NCBI GenBank assembly: GCA_904063045.1
Contig: CAJFCJ010000012.1
Coordinates: 434,001-498,000 of the forward strand
Length of the DNA stretch: 64,000 nucleotides
Reading direction: 5' to 3'
DNA from: Dimorphilus gyrociliatus
Lineage: Eukaryota; Animalia; Annelida
Positions 12,762-26,766 of this stretch are shown here, one piece after another. The position numbers were made by a program, and so were the translations under genes. The first letter of the stretch is position 1. The number at the start of each line of letters is the position of its first letter. The notes beneath the pieces were generated by a model. The model was not told the DNA's origin and searched no databases. It worked only from the letters and a program-made list of their open reading frames with translations.

Positions 12762-15195
12762 ATGACCAATTTTCAAGCGGGACTTGAGAATAATGGAGAA
12801 ATGTTACTAAATAAGAATGTTGTACAAAGATTTAGGGAAAAAGTAGTTGAAGAAGCTATTGTTTATAAAAAACACATAAAATACACTTTAGTAGCAGTTT
12901 TTACCATATTATATAGTATTTATTTTGGATATTGTTTATCTCTGGATTTCAGTGATAATATAGGACTATTTGTGTTAACTTGTATAGTATTAATTTTAAT
13001 TTTCTATATTAAAAGTGGATATATTATTTGGAGAAAATTATCTTTAAAATTGGAGTATATCTTCACAAGAATACCTGAATCATGGAAAAAATATGGAACA
13101 TGGTAAGTATACTTGCAATCTTGCGCCTTGACATAAATACCATAATACAGTCCATTTTGCAATCAATTACTCTTCTCTAGTAAAACATTATTTGCATTTC
13201 TATGTCAAAATAGTATTTTCTTCCAAAGGTTGCTTGTAACATTGATACTGATGGCTTTGGTTGTTTTTATTATAGTTGATGGCTATAGGGATCCTATTAA
13301 ATTTGTTTCATTGTCTGGCCTCTTGGCTTTTACATTAATCTCTGTTATAGCATCTGATAATGTTGGAGCAGTAAGTTTCTTATTGTTTATATCAACTTCA
13401 AACCTCATTCGTTCATTTTCTATTTACGCTTGGATAGATCTCTCCGAGGACAGCCATTTCAGGATTTTTTCTTCAATTCAGTTTCGGTGTAATAATATTA
13501 CGGTGGAAAGAAGGAAAAGAAGCTGTTAAGTTCTTAGGGGATAAGATTATAGATTTTTTAAAAAATGCTGATGCAGGAGCCGAATTTGTATTCGGCGAAA
13601 AATTTAGAGACCATGAATTTGTTTTTGCCGTAAATATATCTGTAAAATAAGAGGATAATTTCTGTTAGTATATCTCGTAATTTTCCAGATTATGCCACCT
13701 GTAATATTCTTTGGAGCTTGTATAGAACTGTTATATTACTTGGGAATATTGCAGTTTTGCATTAAAGGATTTGGAAATGTTATGATAAGAATTATGAAGG
13801 TTTCGCCAGCTGAAGCTTTTGTTACAGCAGCTAATATCTTCCTTGGTCCGGTAAACACTACAGTGTTAAATATTTTTTGAATTTTACATATATAAACATA
13901 TATTGTATTATATAATATATATAAATAATTATATAAATAATCTATATATGTATATTTAATTAATTTATTTACTGATGAACAGATTCTTTCTTATCTTACT
14001 ATATCTTCATTTTTGGAAAAATTGACTAAGTCTGAAATATTCAGTACAATGACGTCAGGATTTGCAACAGTCACAGGATCTCTGTTTGCCGCTTACATTT
14101 CGTTTGGAATTTCACCTACCCATTTAGTTGCTGCATCAATAATGTCAGCTCCAGCATCATTAGTTATCTCAAAATTACTTGTTCCCGATAAAAGGGACAA
14201 AATTACTTATCAATTAGAATTTAGTCCAAGTAGAGCTAAAGGGATCCTAGATGCAATAGCTATAGGAGCAGCAAATTGTATTCCAGTAACGGGTAATAAA
14301 GATATTAAATGTTTATTTTAAACCGTTATTTACATAAAACTAGCGTAATTAACCTTTTTGATTATCAAATAGCTTTAAAAGGAAATATTAAAATAGATTT
14401 TATTTTGCTTTCTCCTATATGTTTTTCCCAAAAACTAAAAGCTGTTAAGATAATCTAATCCAGATCAAATTCTATGTAAAAAAAAAGAAGAAAATCAATA
14501 GGTACTAATTTTGTAGGCTCTTATCCTAAATTATTAATTCAGTAAGAACTTTTCTTATAAAATTTTTTATGAAACATTAGAAAAATGTCCTAAACTGCCG
14601 CATTCCACCTAATAATATACCGTATTATATATACTTTTACTAATACTATGTATACGCTTTTTTTTCTATTATTTATTAAGATTATTATAAATAAACATTT
14701 ACTTTATTACCCCTTACTAAAGCTGCAATTGTTACTAATGTAATTGCTTTTACTTCAATACTTGCTTTTTTAAATTCCGTAATTCATTGGCTGGGAGAAA
14801 GAATTGGAATTGAAACATCTTTTGAATTGATATTCGCTTATATTTTCTCACCAATTCCTCTACTATTGGGGATTGAACCACAATACATACTGACTGTTAG
14901 TAAATTAATTGCAAAAAAAATATTCCTGAATGACATTCTTGCTTACGAAGCATTGGGAAGGGCAATTAAGGATAATAAACTGAACAAAAGATCAGAAATA
15001 ATCGCAACGTATGCCCTCTGCGGATTTGGAAATTTCGGTGACATTGGAATTGTTTTAGGAGCTGTGGGAGTACTTGCTCCAAAGAGAAAGAAATTATTGT
15101 CTAGTCTAGCAATAAAGAGTATGATTGCTGGAAATCTAAGCTGCTTTTTATCTGCTTGCATAGCAGGACTGCTATATAATAAGGAAGAAGAGTAA
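12762..15195 (+). CDS. slc28a: Concentrative nucleoside transporter family (SLC28/CNT), divergent, 6 coding exons
   Basis: LQF..G..ILRW, AGAEFVFG, AANIFLG, MTSGFATVTGS, HL.AASIMSAP and ATYALCGFGNF motifs; exons joined by GT-AG introns. Confidence 0.9.
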
Positions 15196-17155
15196 GGTCA
15201 ACATCCAAAGAAAGATGTCTTCTTTATATTAAATAGAGCGTCTGCTGGAGATTCCATTTAGTATCGTTCTTTACTTTCGCAATCTTAAGAGCGTATGATT
15301 ACACTCTCTGTAGCTGTGTAGTATATTATAGACAACAGATGGCGTCAACTAATACGCAAGATAATATTAATTAAATCACCATGTGAAAGGCACAAAACAA
15401 CTAAGAGAAATTTCAAAGCGTAAGACGTTACCTTTTTATATTTCTCAAAAGGTAGTTTGGTTAAAAGCTTCAATAGCTCAAACGTTTGGCAGATTTACTC
15501 AAAATTTATAATCTGCTAGAAGAACAGCCAGCTGATATCGATTCATTTAAATTGAACGTGAAAATAACGCCTTTTCAAGAAAATAAATTCAAGATGTCAC
15601 GGCAAAATTTATAAGATATATTTTTAGATTAAAATTATCTAATCCTTTTGCTTCATTAAATTTAGTAGAACAACGTAAACTTATCAGTGTTTTTGAACCC
15701 ATCTATAGTCAAAGACAATTCAGCAGACAACATATATATATACAGTATATACTGTATACTTTATAGCTATAATTTAATATATATTCAAATATCGTTAACT
15801 ATTATAAATAGTTTTAACTCTTTTTGTTAAAATAATAATAAAAAATATATATAAAAAAGAGAAAAAAAGCATTTTTTTCCAATAAATAAACATTAATTGA
15901 AGCCAAGAAAAAATTTTCTCTCTGTTTTTTACTTTCTAGTCTAAGAAATAGCACAGAATTTAGATATAAAATAATAAATTTCTTTAATACAATGAAAGTC
16001 TGGAATTTTATTTATTATTTTTTATAAGCCTGTGGTATCGTAAGCCTATTTATAGGTTTCTTTTTTACTATTTAATTAGTACTATTATTAATCGTACTGA
16101 TGTATTAGAAACTTAAAGCAGGTATCTAAAATATACATATACATATATATTTATATATGTTCTTGTAAATATATATATATATGGTTTATATGTATGTACC
16201 TGACATAAGAAGCTTTGAAATAATTGTTAATTTAATAATTATTTTTACGCATGGTCTAACAGACAAAAAACTTTGGCGATTGATTATTTATGAAGTACAA
16301 AAAACAGAAAACTAACATTTTCTATAATGTTTTTAATCTAAGATAAATAAATCTTTCTCAAATGGGGTTAAATTGTAATAAAATACGAATATACAGCAAT
16401 TTTCTAGTGATATCTTGCTTTACAGTGTTTTTTCCCTTTTTAAACTGAGCTAATCGATATAAAAAACTGACAATTGCCAGTATACATATACATGCATACA
16501 TACATATACAAATATATATATATTTATACTATACAGTATAGAATATTCATTCATAAGAACTTTACAGTGGTATGAAAAACAAATACATGTTATCAAAATA
16601 AAAAACAGAGAGAGAGTTAGAGATAGGGAAAGAGATAGAGAGAGAAAAGTGAACTACTTTAAGCTTTTCAGTTCTTTGTTTATAACAATTCCACAATCGG
16701 TCAGTGAATCAATAATTTCTTATATTTGTTAGCTGCAATAAAGGTTTAAACCAATGTCTAATTGCGTAAAAGTAAAATTTTTATTGAAAAACAACTTGAG
16801 AAATTTCATCAACAGAAGAGGAAACTCTAAAATAGCTTTCAAACAATATAATTGTTCAAGTATTTATTGTATTGAGTGTTTAAAGAATTAGAAGCTATGT
16901 TGAAAAAATCTTTTCTTTACTTCTCTCAATACTTATCGATCTAAACGTAATTTTAAGTGGAATCGATAAAAGGAACCAATAGCTAGTCAACTTCATTTGG
17001 GTCAATCATACACGTTAGATATACTTGTAAATCCCACTATTATAAATTAAGCTAATCAATCGTTATTACAGCGACACCTATATTGCTTCTACATCAAAGG
17101 ATCAAACCACATACCTGGGAGAAACATCTCGAAAAACTTACTGTAAATACTCGTT

Positions 17156-18079
17156 ATGAAATTAACAATGATAATTTTGTTTATATACATATATGCGACA
17201 TTCTTAATTGTACGTGCTGCTTTGACGTGTAACCTTACAAAAAGGATAGATGGATTAATATGGGATTTATCTTATTGTGGATTAAAGGTGCTGACAAAAG
17301 ATTTTCGAAGATATTCAAAGAATTTTACTCACCTTAATATTTCTCATAACTATATAGAGATTATAGATCGAAAATGGATAGCACATTTTCAAAACGTAAG
17401 AGTTTTAGATCTTAGCTTTAATAGACTTACTCGTATCGATATGAGCGTTTTCGAAGATCTATCGAAGTTGACAGAGCTCTACATTTACAGTAATAGATTA
17501 ACAAAAGTGAAAACCATTCATTTAGAGAGTTTATTAATTTTGGATTTGTCCTACAATAAAATTGAAAAATTGCCGTGGAATATGTTTTCAGGATCCTGTA
17601 AACTAAAGAAAATTAACTTTTCCCATAATTCAATAAAAACAATCTCAAGGAAAAATTTTAGATTTAAAAGATCAATCGAATTGAATATGTATAATAACAA
17701 ACTTAATTGCCATTGTGAAAATTATTACTTGAACTCTCTTTTCAAATGGTCTAAACATACGTCGCCATTTTGTTTAAAACAAAAAAAGCAACTATTTCGA
17801 TTAAGTAAATCGGAACTGTGTGATAAAATTAAAACTTCAAATAAAAAGATGAAAAAGAAAGAAGATAAAGTTCCACGATACATCTATTCGGAGAAGGTCC
17901 ACATACACTTTATGCCGGAACAAGATGCTAGAAAGTACGATGTAAAAGTAGGAATAAAAATTGCTTTAACGTTATTACTCTCAATGGTGGCAATGTTTGC
18001 TTGTTTAGGCATTGGAAAATTAAAGAAAGGAAGGAAATTACAGAACAACGAAGGACAGGAAAAGGAAAATACCTTGTAA
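17156..18079 (+). CDS. Single-exon type I LRR membrane protein (signal peptide, ~6 LRRs, LRRCT, TM, short basic tail, no TIR)
   Basis: LxxLxLxxNxL repeats (VLDLSFNRL, ILDLSYNKI), a CHC...C...C cap and TM segment IALTLLLSMVAMFACLGI. Confidence 0.88.
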   Translation: MKLTMIILFIYIYATFLIVRAALTCNLTKRIDGLIWDLSYCGLKVLTKDFRRYSKNFTHLNISHNYIEIIDRKWIAHFQNVRVLDLSFNRLTRIDMSVFEDLSKLTELYIYSNRLTKVKTIHLESLLILDLSYNKIEKLPWNMFSGSCKLKKINFSHNSIKTISRKNFRFKRSIELNMYNNKLNCHCENYYLNSLFKWSKHTSPFCLKQKKQLFRLSKSELCDKIKTSNKKMKKKEDKVPRYIYSEKVHIHFMPEQDARKYDVKVGIKIALTLLLSMVAMFACLGIGKLKKGRKLQNNEGQEKENTL

Positions 18080-21000
18080 ACATTATTTACAAGTAAATAT
18101 TTTAGCACCGGAGAATACTTTTTTTTAGGATTACGTAAAATAATTAATTCAAAACGACTTTATTTAGCTATCAAGATATAAATCGATTTCAATGCACTAG
18201 GTTTTGCTGTTTTTTTGACTTCTATTTTAAGTGAAAATGATCGATTATTGGATTTGATATTTGAGATTTTTGATTATCTTGGTAATATTTAATTCTTGCA
18301 AATCATATCCGTTTCCAATATTTCGATATAGTTACAATTCATGTTTTAGAGAAGCTATTCTCTCTTTATAGATTAAAATGGCAAAGTTCTTCGAATTCTC
18401 CTTTATTTTTTTGCAATCATTAATGTCTTTTACAATCCATTTAATTGTCTTTCGTAAGTTTTTTCTCCAGAGACTAAAATGAATAATGAATCATTTTAAC
18501 ATACATGAAATATCTAACGTTTTAAGACTATTTCTTAAGAGCCTTACAAAACACAAGAGAATCATTGAGGTTTTTCAAAGTCGTATGATAAAAAAATGAT
18601 AAATTCTTCTTTCTTTTAACAAGTGTAATAATAATAAAAATCATCATTTAGTGTGCTTATACAATTTTCCATTGGTGAACCTTATGTATATAGCGCTGTA
18701 TTATCTATTTCATAAAAAAAAATTATCTCTGTACTAAGGTTTAGTGTCGTCGAGTGCTTGAGCTATTTACTAAAATATACATTGCAGTAGAAATAGCATC
18801 ATACATAGCATGAGGATTATTTGATGGATTGTATTCCTTATCATGTTCATATGCCAATATAATTATAACGACCTTAAGTCTAATTTACGTTTCTTTTCAT
18901 CTTTCCCTTATATCGACTTCTGTTAAAACATAAAGTCTTATTTATTTTTAACTCTCTCTTTATATATTATACAATATATAATTATTATCTTTTCTTATTC
19001 CGTTTCTTTCATTTCATCCTCTCTGTGTACATTTCTCTCCTCCTTCGCCTTCTCCATCCCCACTTTCTTTTACTTTCCTCTCTTCCCACCTCTTCTTTAC
19101 TTGTTTCGTTAAATTTTCAGAATGGTGTAAATAAATAACTAATAGAAGATAAAAATAAGAGCAAAAGAATTTCATCCACTAAAAGTTTAACTACAGGTTA
19201 AATCTAATAATTCTTTGCATTTAATTATTGATCATTAAGGAAACAGCAATTTACAGTAAAAGATCGTTATGACATGGAAAAAATAATGCACAGTAGATGG
19301 CATACTCTGTAGCATCCCGACATCTATTGGCATACAACGTGCCATTCTGGTATAACAGTAATATACAAAAAAAACTTGTAGAGTTATTCTATGCCTAAAT
19401 CGAACAAATAGAGTAACAAATTTTGTAAAGGATAAAAGTTAATAGTCCTGAAGACAGACTATATGAAATCAGTACCCGTTTTGGAAAAACTCGCAGATTT
19501 TATTTAAGAAATAAAAGAGCAAGTCAGCGGCAGTGTCAAAATTCAATCAAAGTTTCCTAGATTATTTGTGTATGCTATAATATAATAAACAAAGCATCAG
19601 TGTTTTTCTTATTGACTGTCTTTTTTTTTCTACGAAGTTGAGAACATGTAAAAATTAATTTCCTACCGTTTTGTCCCTAAGCGTTTTTGTCATTACTGCA
19701 AATAAGAATTTAAATATAATATCTCTTTCAACATTAATATTATTTCAATTTTCTTTGTCGATCTTTTCTTCTTGATAGAAAATTTTATCTTAATTTATCC
19801 TATTAGTCGATTAAACAGTTTATGTTTTCTCACGAAACATTAATTAATTAAGTAATTAGACGTCTACGACATTATAATAAACGTAAAAGAATAAATACAT
19901 TTTCTAAAGAGTGAAAAGGCGTTGTTAGTGTTAACAAAGAAAATATATTTAAATAAGTAAAAGCAAAGATGTTTCAATCATTTTTTAAGAGAATGGAATA
20001 TATTTGTCTATTTGTACATATAGATAAAAAAGAATTGGCAAATGTATGAAAATAGTCGTGGCTGTTTTTAGAATTGTTTTTCATTCATTCATTCTCTCAG
20101 TCAGTCTCTCTCTCTCTCTCATTCTATCCTCTCCTTTATCTGTCTATATTTTACTTTCTTTCATTCGATTTTAGTCTCTAAAGACGTCTACTTTTATTTT
20201 GGAAAAAATAACAACAATATATAGGTCGGATAAAAATAGAAAATGAGCACTAAAATTGAGTAAACCCATAGCATTTGCAATTATTCGTTACACTGTTCTG
20301 TTTTTTTTACTGTTTTTAACCCATCACATTTCTTTTATCCGAAAAGTCATTTCTTTTCTTGAATTAAATCTATAAACGTTAATTGGAAGTATACATAAAT
20401 ATTTTTGTAATAAGTAGCATTAATGAGAGTGTGACTATTTGTAAACTAAGCTCCAGCCGGAAACGTAGTGATGTAAAGTTATATTAATATTTGGAATTTT
20501 ATTTGAATTTCAATTACAACATGCAAGATATATACATTAATATATATTTATCAGTTTGTTACTTTAGTTGACGACTTAAACTATTTACTGCTTTTTTGGT
20601 GAATTGTTGATTTAACAGTTGATAAAAATTCAATATATCTCTATATTCTTTCAATTAAATATAAAAATCTGTACATAAGGTTTATAGATAAATTTTTAAC
20701 TAAAATTTGCAATGAACATTTATTTCGATAATTCAATTCTGGTATCTTGTCACTTTAACAACGTTATTTATAGAATCTGAAGAGCCAAACAATTTCATTC
20801 AAAAAACTGATGAGGAAACGCCCACATAACTTCGTTATATCTATATAGAATATTTCGATGTACATATACAAAGAGAGCGTGGGCGATCAAAATCAGTGAG
20901 ATGATAAATGAAATATAGGGAAAAAAATTCCTTAATTTTTGCTCTATGGAAAATATTCCAACAGCTATATAATTATATAGAAATAATTTAAATATCAAAC

Positions 21001-22967
21001 CTTTTAGTAGTCTACTATATCTCTTATCACGGATAATGAATTTACCATGAATCTCGAACCGGAAGCAATGACAGTCACTTTCATTTTTAGTAAAGGAACA
21101 AAGAGATATATCATTTTTCTTTTTATCAATGATAAATTTTTATTAACTAATTAATAGATTTACTTACATGAACGATATTTTCTCATGATAGATAATATTA
21201 AATGTATACTTATTGGTTTTATATTGTTTATACTATATTTAAATTCAGTTATAATTAAAGAGAGAAGATAAAGATGAAAAGGATAGATTTAAAATTTCTC
21301 CTGTTATGGAGTAATGAGTTGATTCATTTACGAAAATAATCGCAATCTTTATAACCATTACCGATAATTAATAGATACCTAATGTAGAATAGAGAAATAA
21401 CGCCAACTAGTTGGGAAGCGTTGATTGGATAGATTCCTTTAGATATCTATTAAAGCTGTATTCTCGCCGCATTTCTGGTGGGATAATCCAGTCGAACGTT
21501 TTACCAAACTTTTCCCTCCGCTTAAGTTCCATAATAGAAAGAAAGGGTAAGTTTTCCAAAGCAGAAATCAACGATATCTGCTATTTCTAATAGAAATATT
21601 ATTTAATACTTAAATAAGTCTAGGTTATTTAAGTACATTTTTCTGCTATAGATTAGCGCTTTGCAGAAAGTAATCTCTATGTTATATAGAAAAAAAAGTA
21701 ACGTTAATTAGCAGAATAGCTATGTTTTAAAAACAAAAATTTTTTGCCTGAAATGATAGGATTTCTAAGTGGAAAGTAAACCACTGTCAATTATGGTTTA
21801 TTTACGAAGCTAAAACTATGAAATTGCTAATAAAACATGGCTGTACGTTTCTTTACATATAATAAAAAGGAGGTTAGTTGATAAATAAATAGAATAAGAA
21901 TATCTATAGATCATTGTCTATTGAAAATATAAATAGCCTGTACATGGTACCAACAAAAATTCCTATGATATTTTAATTAGTAAATATTTAGACGGTTTTA
22001 ATTAAAATAATACGCAATTGTATTTTGTTTTATTCTAAATCTTCTAATTAAAACATAATTGGTTTATCTCTATTAGTGAAAGAAATTAAAAATCTATGCA
22101 CTTTAATATCGATAAAACAGTGGGATATTTCGGCAATAAATAAGGAAAAAAGACTTAATTCTATTTCTTACTAATACGATTAATTAAGCAACGACTTAGT
22201 TGAAATGTTCACCAATTAATTAAAAGAAGGCTTATGTTTGATACTTTTTCTCAATTGTTTATTATAAGAGTTTACTCTTTAAGTTTCTTGAATGAGTATA
22301 TATTGTTCATAGTTATCAATAGAGAATGAATATGTATATGATTTTTGTCTTTCATCACTCACTTACAAATTTGTAAAGAACACTGCAAATAATACGCTCT
22401 ATTAATGTAGGTATATTTCATAAAGAAAATAATGATCTAGCACTTAATGTTTCGGAAATAACCAAATTATTCACCCATAATCCTTAGTGTTTGAAGACTT
22501 GCTCTCGTTCTGACCTCATTATCAATTTATGAGAAAAATTCCATCTCATTTTTATAATTTTACATTTCAAAGATTCTTCTAAAAGGATTATCCTCTCTCA
22601 AAATAGAATTATTGATATTTAATACCAGGAAATAAAGAAATAGAAACATATATACATATATATAATATTTACATATATAATAAATTTATTTTATAATCCC
22701 TTCCTTTAATCTCTTTGATAGAAGTTTTATAAATAGACTATATGAGATATTTATATATTAAGACTATATAAATATAGTGATACAGTTAAAAATAAAAATT
22801 TTACCTTGACTAACGAAAAGAATTCTTAAAAATATGTAATAGAAATGACAAAAATGAAAGTTTTAAACAAACTTTACGCCATTCTGCCTAATTAATTTTC
22901 GAAGAAACAGCAATTCTTATTACAATTTATATTTTAATATGTTTTAGTAGTATCCCTAATCGTCATC

Positions 22968-22992
22968 ATCTCTCTCTCTCTCTCTCTCTCTT
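22968..22992. repeat. (CT)n microsatellite
   Basis: Direct CT run; shorter CT/GA runs at ~20105 and ~27876. Confidence 0.85.
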
Positions 22993-25900
22993 TCTCTTCT
23001 TCTCATTTCTGTCTGTCTGCCTTTTTGTACACTTTGACATTTGTTGAAATAGAAAGAAAAATTATAGAAATGTAAAAATTAGTAATATAATGATTATGCG
23101 GTTTGATAAAATTTATTTCGTTCCTTATAAGTATTGTATAAAATTTCAAGGAAAAGTTTGTAAAAAGCATAATTGTATTAGAAATTGTATAGAGAAAAAA
23201 AATCTAATCCGTCTACTAATGTAGGCAGAAAGGGGATGAAAGTATCTCATTTTAAGGAAAAACAGATAAACTCTGAATTATAAGGATTGTTTATAAAGAA
23301 AAGATTTATTTATTTTTTTATCATCAAAAGATGTTTCTTTGATAAATAAAGGAGAGAACACAGAAAAATATTGTAACAAAATTTTTGGAGCAACCATGAA
23401 TATTTTATATAAAAATTTTATCTTTCACAGATTTTTTCGGATAGTAGGATAAGTATCATCTTGTAACATCCTCTCCTCTTTCTATTCTATTATCCGAATT
23501 CTTCGTAATAGGGATTATTAAACTAATATTTCATAATGTAAAAAAAATAAAATAGTTAAGAAATAGGAGACGGTTCCCTCGAAATTAAAGAGACAGAATA
23601 CGTCATATTTCTTTATCGAGGTTTTACAATTAAATCTCAAAAACACCTTTTGTTTTTTCACTTTGAATATTCTTTTGAAAAGTTATATTACTTCAAAGTT
23701 AAAAGTAATTCACGCTATTTGTTCATAAAATAGCTGTACAGAATTATATATTACATAGCTCTCAAACGTCTAATTATGGACACTTATGTGTGTAGCCAAC
23801 AACCCTCTAGTACTATTGAAAAGTCTAATGAATTCGCCAGTACAGAAGGACAGGTGAATAATAAGAGGAGAGGATACTAATTCTTTTCTTCATTTATTAT
23901 TTTTCCAAATCGAATTTTGACTTGAAAAAGTAATATTTGGAAAGAATAATTTCATTCACTGATAAACAAAGCCAAACTAGCAAGCTCATCAAAACGCATC
24001 TCTATCTTTATCGACTCTTCAGGGACCTTCGATCGATTCTTATGCGAAAAAAAGGGAAAATTTGTTTTGTCCGCTTTTTCCGGCTTTGTCTTTTAGATAG
24101 ATTAAAAATTTCTTTAGCCGGAAGTTCAGCAAAAAATATACATACAAGTACACATCTTCAGAAATAGAAGATGATTGACGCTAATTGAAAATGAGGTTAA
24201 TTATTTTAAGTGTTTATACAATAAATATATACACTAATATATTTATACATAAATATATTTATGTACAAAAATATAAAGAGTATAAACACAATGTATATAT
24301 ATAATTACAGTATACATAGTTTTAATAAAGTGAGCATTGCACTAAACTTAAACTTAGTTTAGATCTTTGAAAAATAGAAAACATACATAATTAAACTTTA
24401 GATTAATAGGCTTAAGCACTTGATACTTTTTTATTTTTTTAAACAAATTCTTAATACGTTTTCAGTTATTATATCATATACTTTATTCTAATAATGTTGA
24501 AGCTCTAAGGGCTGTTCTACTTGGGTGAACATGGCTGATTTCTTAGGTCTTCACCGCAGTGGAAATAATATATATAAAAATTTTCTATATAGGAGTATTG
24601 AATCTATTGATATTCATCTGGTTCATAGTTGTATAAAACGAATTTTCAACTGTATCTCAAAGATAATCTCTTTTTCTATTGCCCTCTCTCTCTCTTTCTG
24701 TCTTTTCTTTCGTACCACGACCTCTTTCTCTCTATTCCTCCCTTATTTATCTAGTTTCTAAGTGTGAATGAAGTTTGAGACAAACATTTCTGTTATAAAA
24801 TTAGGGATATTTTATTGTGAATAATTCTTTACTTTAGGATATCATAAGTCTAATAATCAAGTCTATAATATAATATTCCAATAATTAAAAATACAAACAG
24901 CTATCAATCTAATTTATATCATGAGGAGAAAAAGGATCAGAGATTGACTTTGAAGAGAAAAAATCGAGATGGTGAATTTTTCGTTTTATATTTTCCACCA
25001 TTATAAATGCTAGTCTCGATCCTACTCTATAATTTTCTTCGTTGAGTCTACACAATAACGTTATAAGGTCGATATTCTTACGAAGAGTATTCACAAACGA
25101 AAGATAAAGAAAGCAGCTTACTGACGTAGCTTAATTGTTAAATCAAAAGGGACATTACAGATATATCAATTAAAGTATTGATCTTTGACGAAATTCTATT
25201 CTATTAAGTATAGATTATCGGCTAAGACTACATTAGATAAGTATCAAAAGCTATGAATTGAATTTTCTTTAGCTTGAGCTGTTCGGAGATGAGTGAGAAA
25301 TAATTATCAAATTTAGCACTCATAGAAGAAAATCTTGTACTCATTACTACATAATGAAAAAACAAATAAATTTCGTACTTTTGTGAAAAGAGAGATGACG
25401 GAGGCTATGCAATACTAACTTTCGAAGAAGTAAAACAAACGCATGTAAGGCAATAATTGAAAAATTACTCGATTACAAGTTATATTTATAAAGGATTCTA
25501 TGCAACTTATAGAGTATATTACAGCCATGTAAAGAATATTATTGTAGATGGTAAAAAATAAATTTAAATGCACAAGTTCAAAAAAAAAAAATCTTTTTTC
25601 GAATCCCATCTTAATACTGAATATTCCCTTTTTATTCATTGCACATTCTCTTTATATCCATCAGGAATACCGCATTTTTTTCTCCTGATTTCCTTTTAGA
25701 ATGCCAGAAACGAATAGTTATCAAAAGTTTATTTCTTTATTTATACAGTATATATCAAAATTTCTTAATAGATTTATTACTTGAATATTCATAATGTATT
25801 TATAATATATGAAGTATACAAAATAAACTTAAATTACATATTTTCTTTCAAAGTCGTAGTTCTAAAGTCCTGTTATGAATTATATCTTAGATATAAAAAA

Positions 25901-26766
25901 AAAATCAATATGAATTTTTCTTTTTCTTCTTCTCCTCCTTCTTCTTTTTCTCTTTATTTCCTTCCCTTTTCACGTATTATCTTTTTATCGTATATCTCTT
26001 AAATATTTATAATATATATATATTAAACAATACTTATATTTCAATAATCAGGATTGCTTTTTATTTAGCAATGTTTTTTATTTAATAATAGTAGTTCATC
26101 AGTTTTTTTTGTAACATATCAAGTTCTTTATGCTAATGAAGTGGAAATAAGCTTTGTTCTACTTTCATTTAGTAAACTATACTCTTGACGTATTATTAGC
26201 ATTAGTTGAACGAACAGATAAATATCTCTAGAGATTCAATAATGACATATTTCTGTCTAAAAGTAATCTGTTAATAAGAATTGTTTAACGCCTTGAAAGT
26301 GGGAAACAATTATTAACCTCTCTCTTTGCGTCAGTTTTCACCTTGAGAAGTGTAAAAATCGAAAATATAGACTAATATTAATTTGCACGTTGTTTTTGAA
26401 AGAAAAATGCATTCATATATATACTATATATATATATACTAATATATATACTTTGTATGTCTACAGATAATGTAGACATGTTGACTATACATGTACAAAA
26501 AGATTGATTATGTAGAATGAACTACAATTGTATTTATCCAATATTAAAAGATAAAATTTATAAATTTCCTGTATATGAATGGATTAAATTTTATGAATGA
26601 CTATCTCTGAAAACTTAAGTAATTGACTTGTATGTTATGTTAATATTGTGAATAGATTTCTATAAATTAACTAAAAATATCCTGATTAGGAGGAAGCATG
26701 TAAAATATGAGTCTTATTCTTAACTGACACACCTCATTTTTCTTTGTGTTTTTTTCAGTCACAATT

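Noticed and set aside
21045-21070. GGTTCGAGA resembling a tRNA B-box
   Set aside because: No cloverleaf or A-box around it.
20795-21085. Possible ~84-aa single-TM protein (MKVTVIASG...AVGIFSIEQ...)
   Set aside because: It needs a 36-nt intron (20965-21000), shorter than any other here, and shows no homology. Left unresolved.
23937-25094. ORFs at 23937..24167, 24525..24761 and 24909..25094
   Set aside because: No consistent splice partners, starts or motifs.
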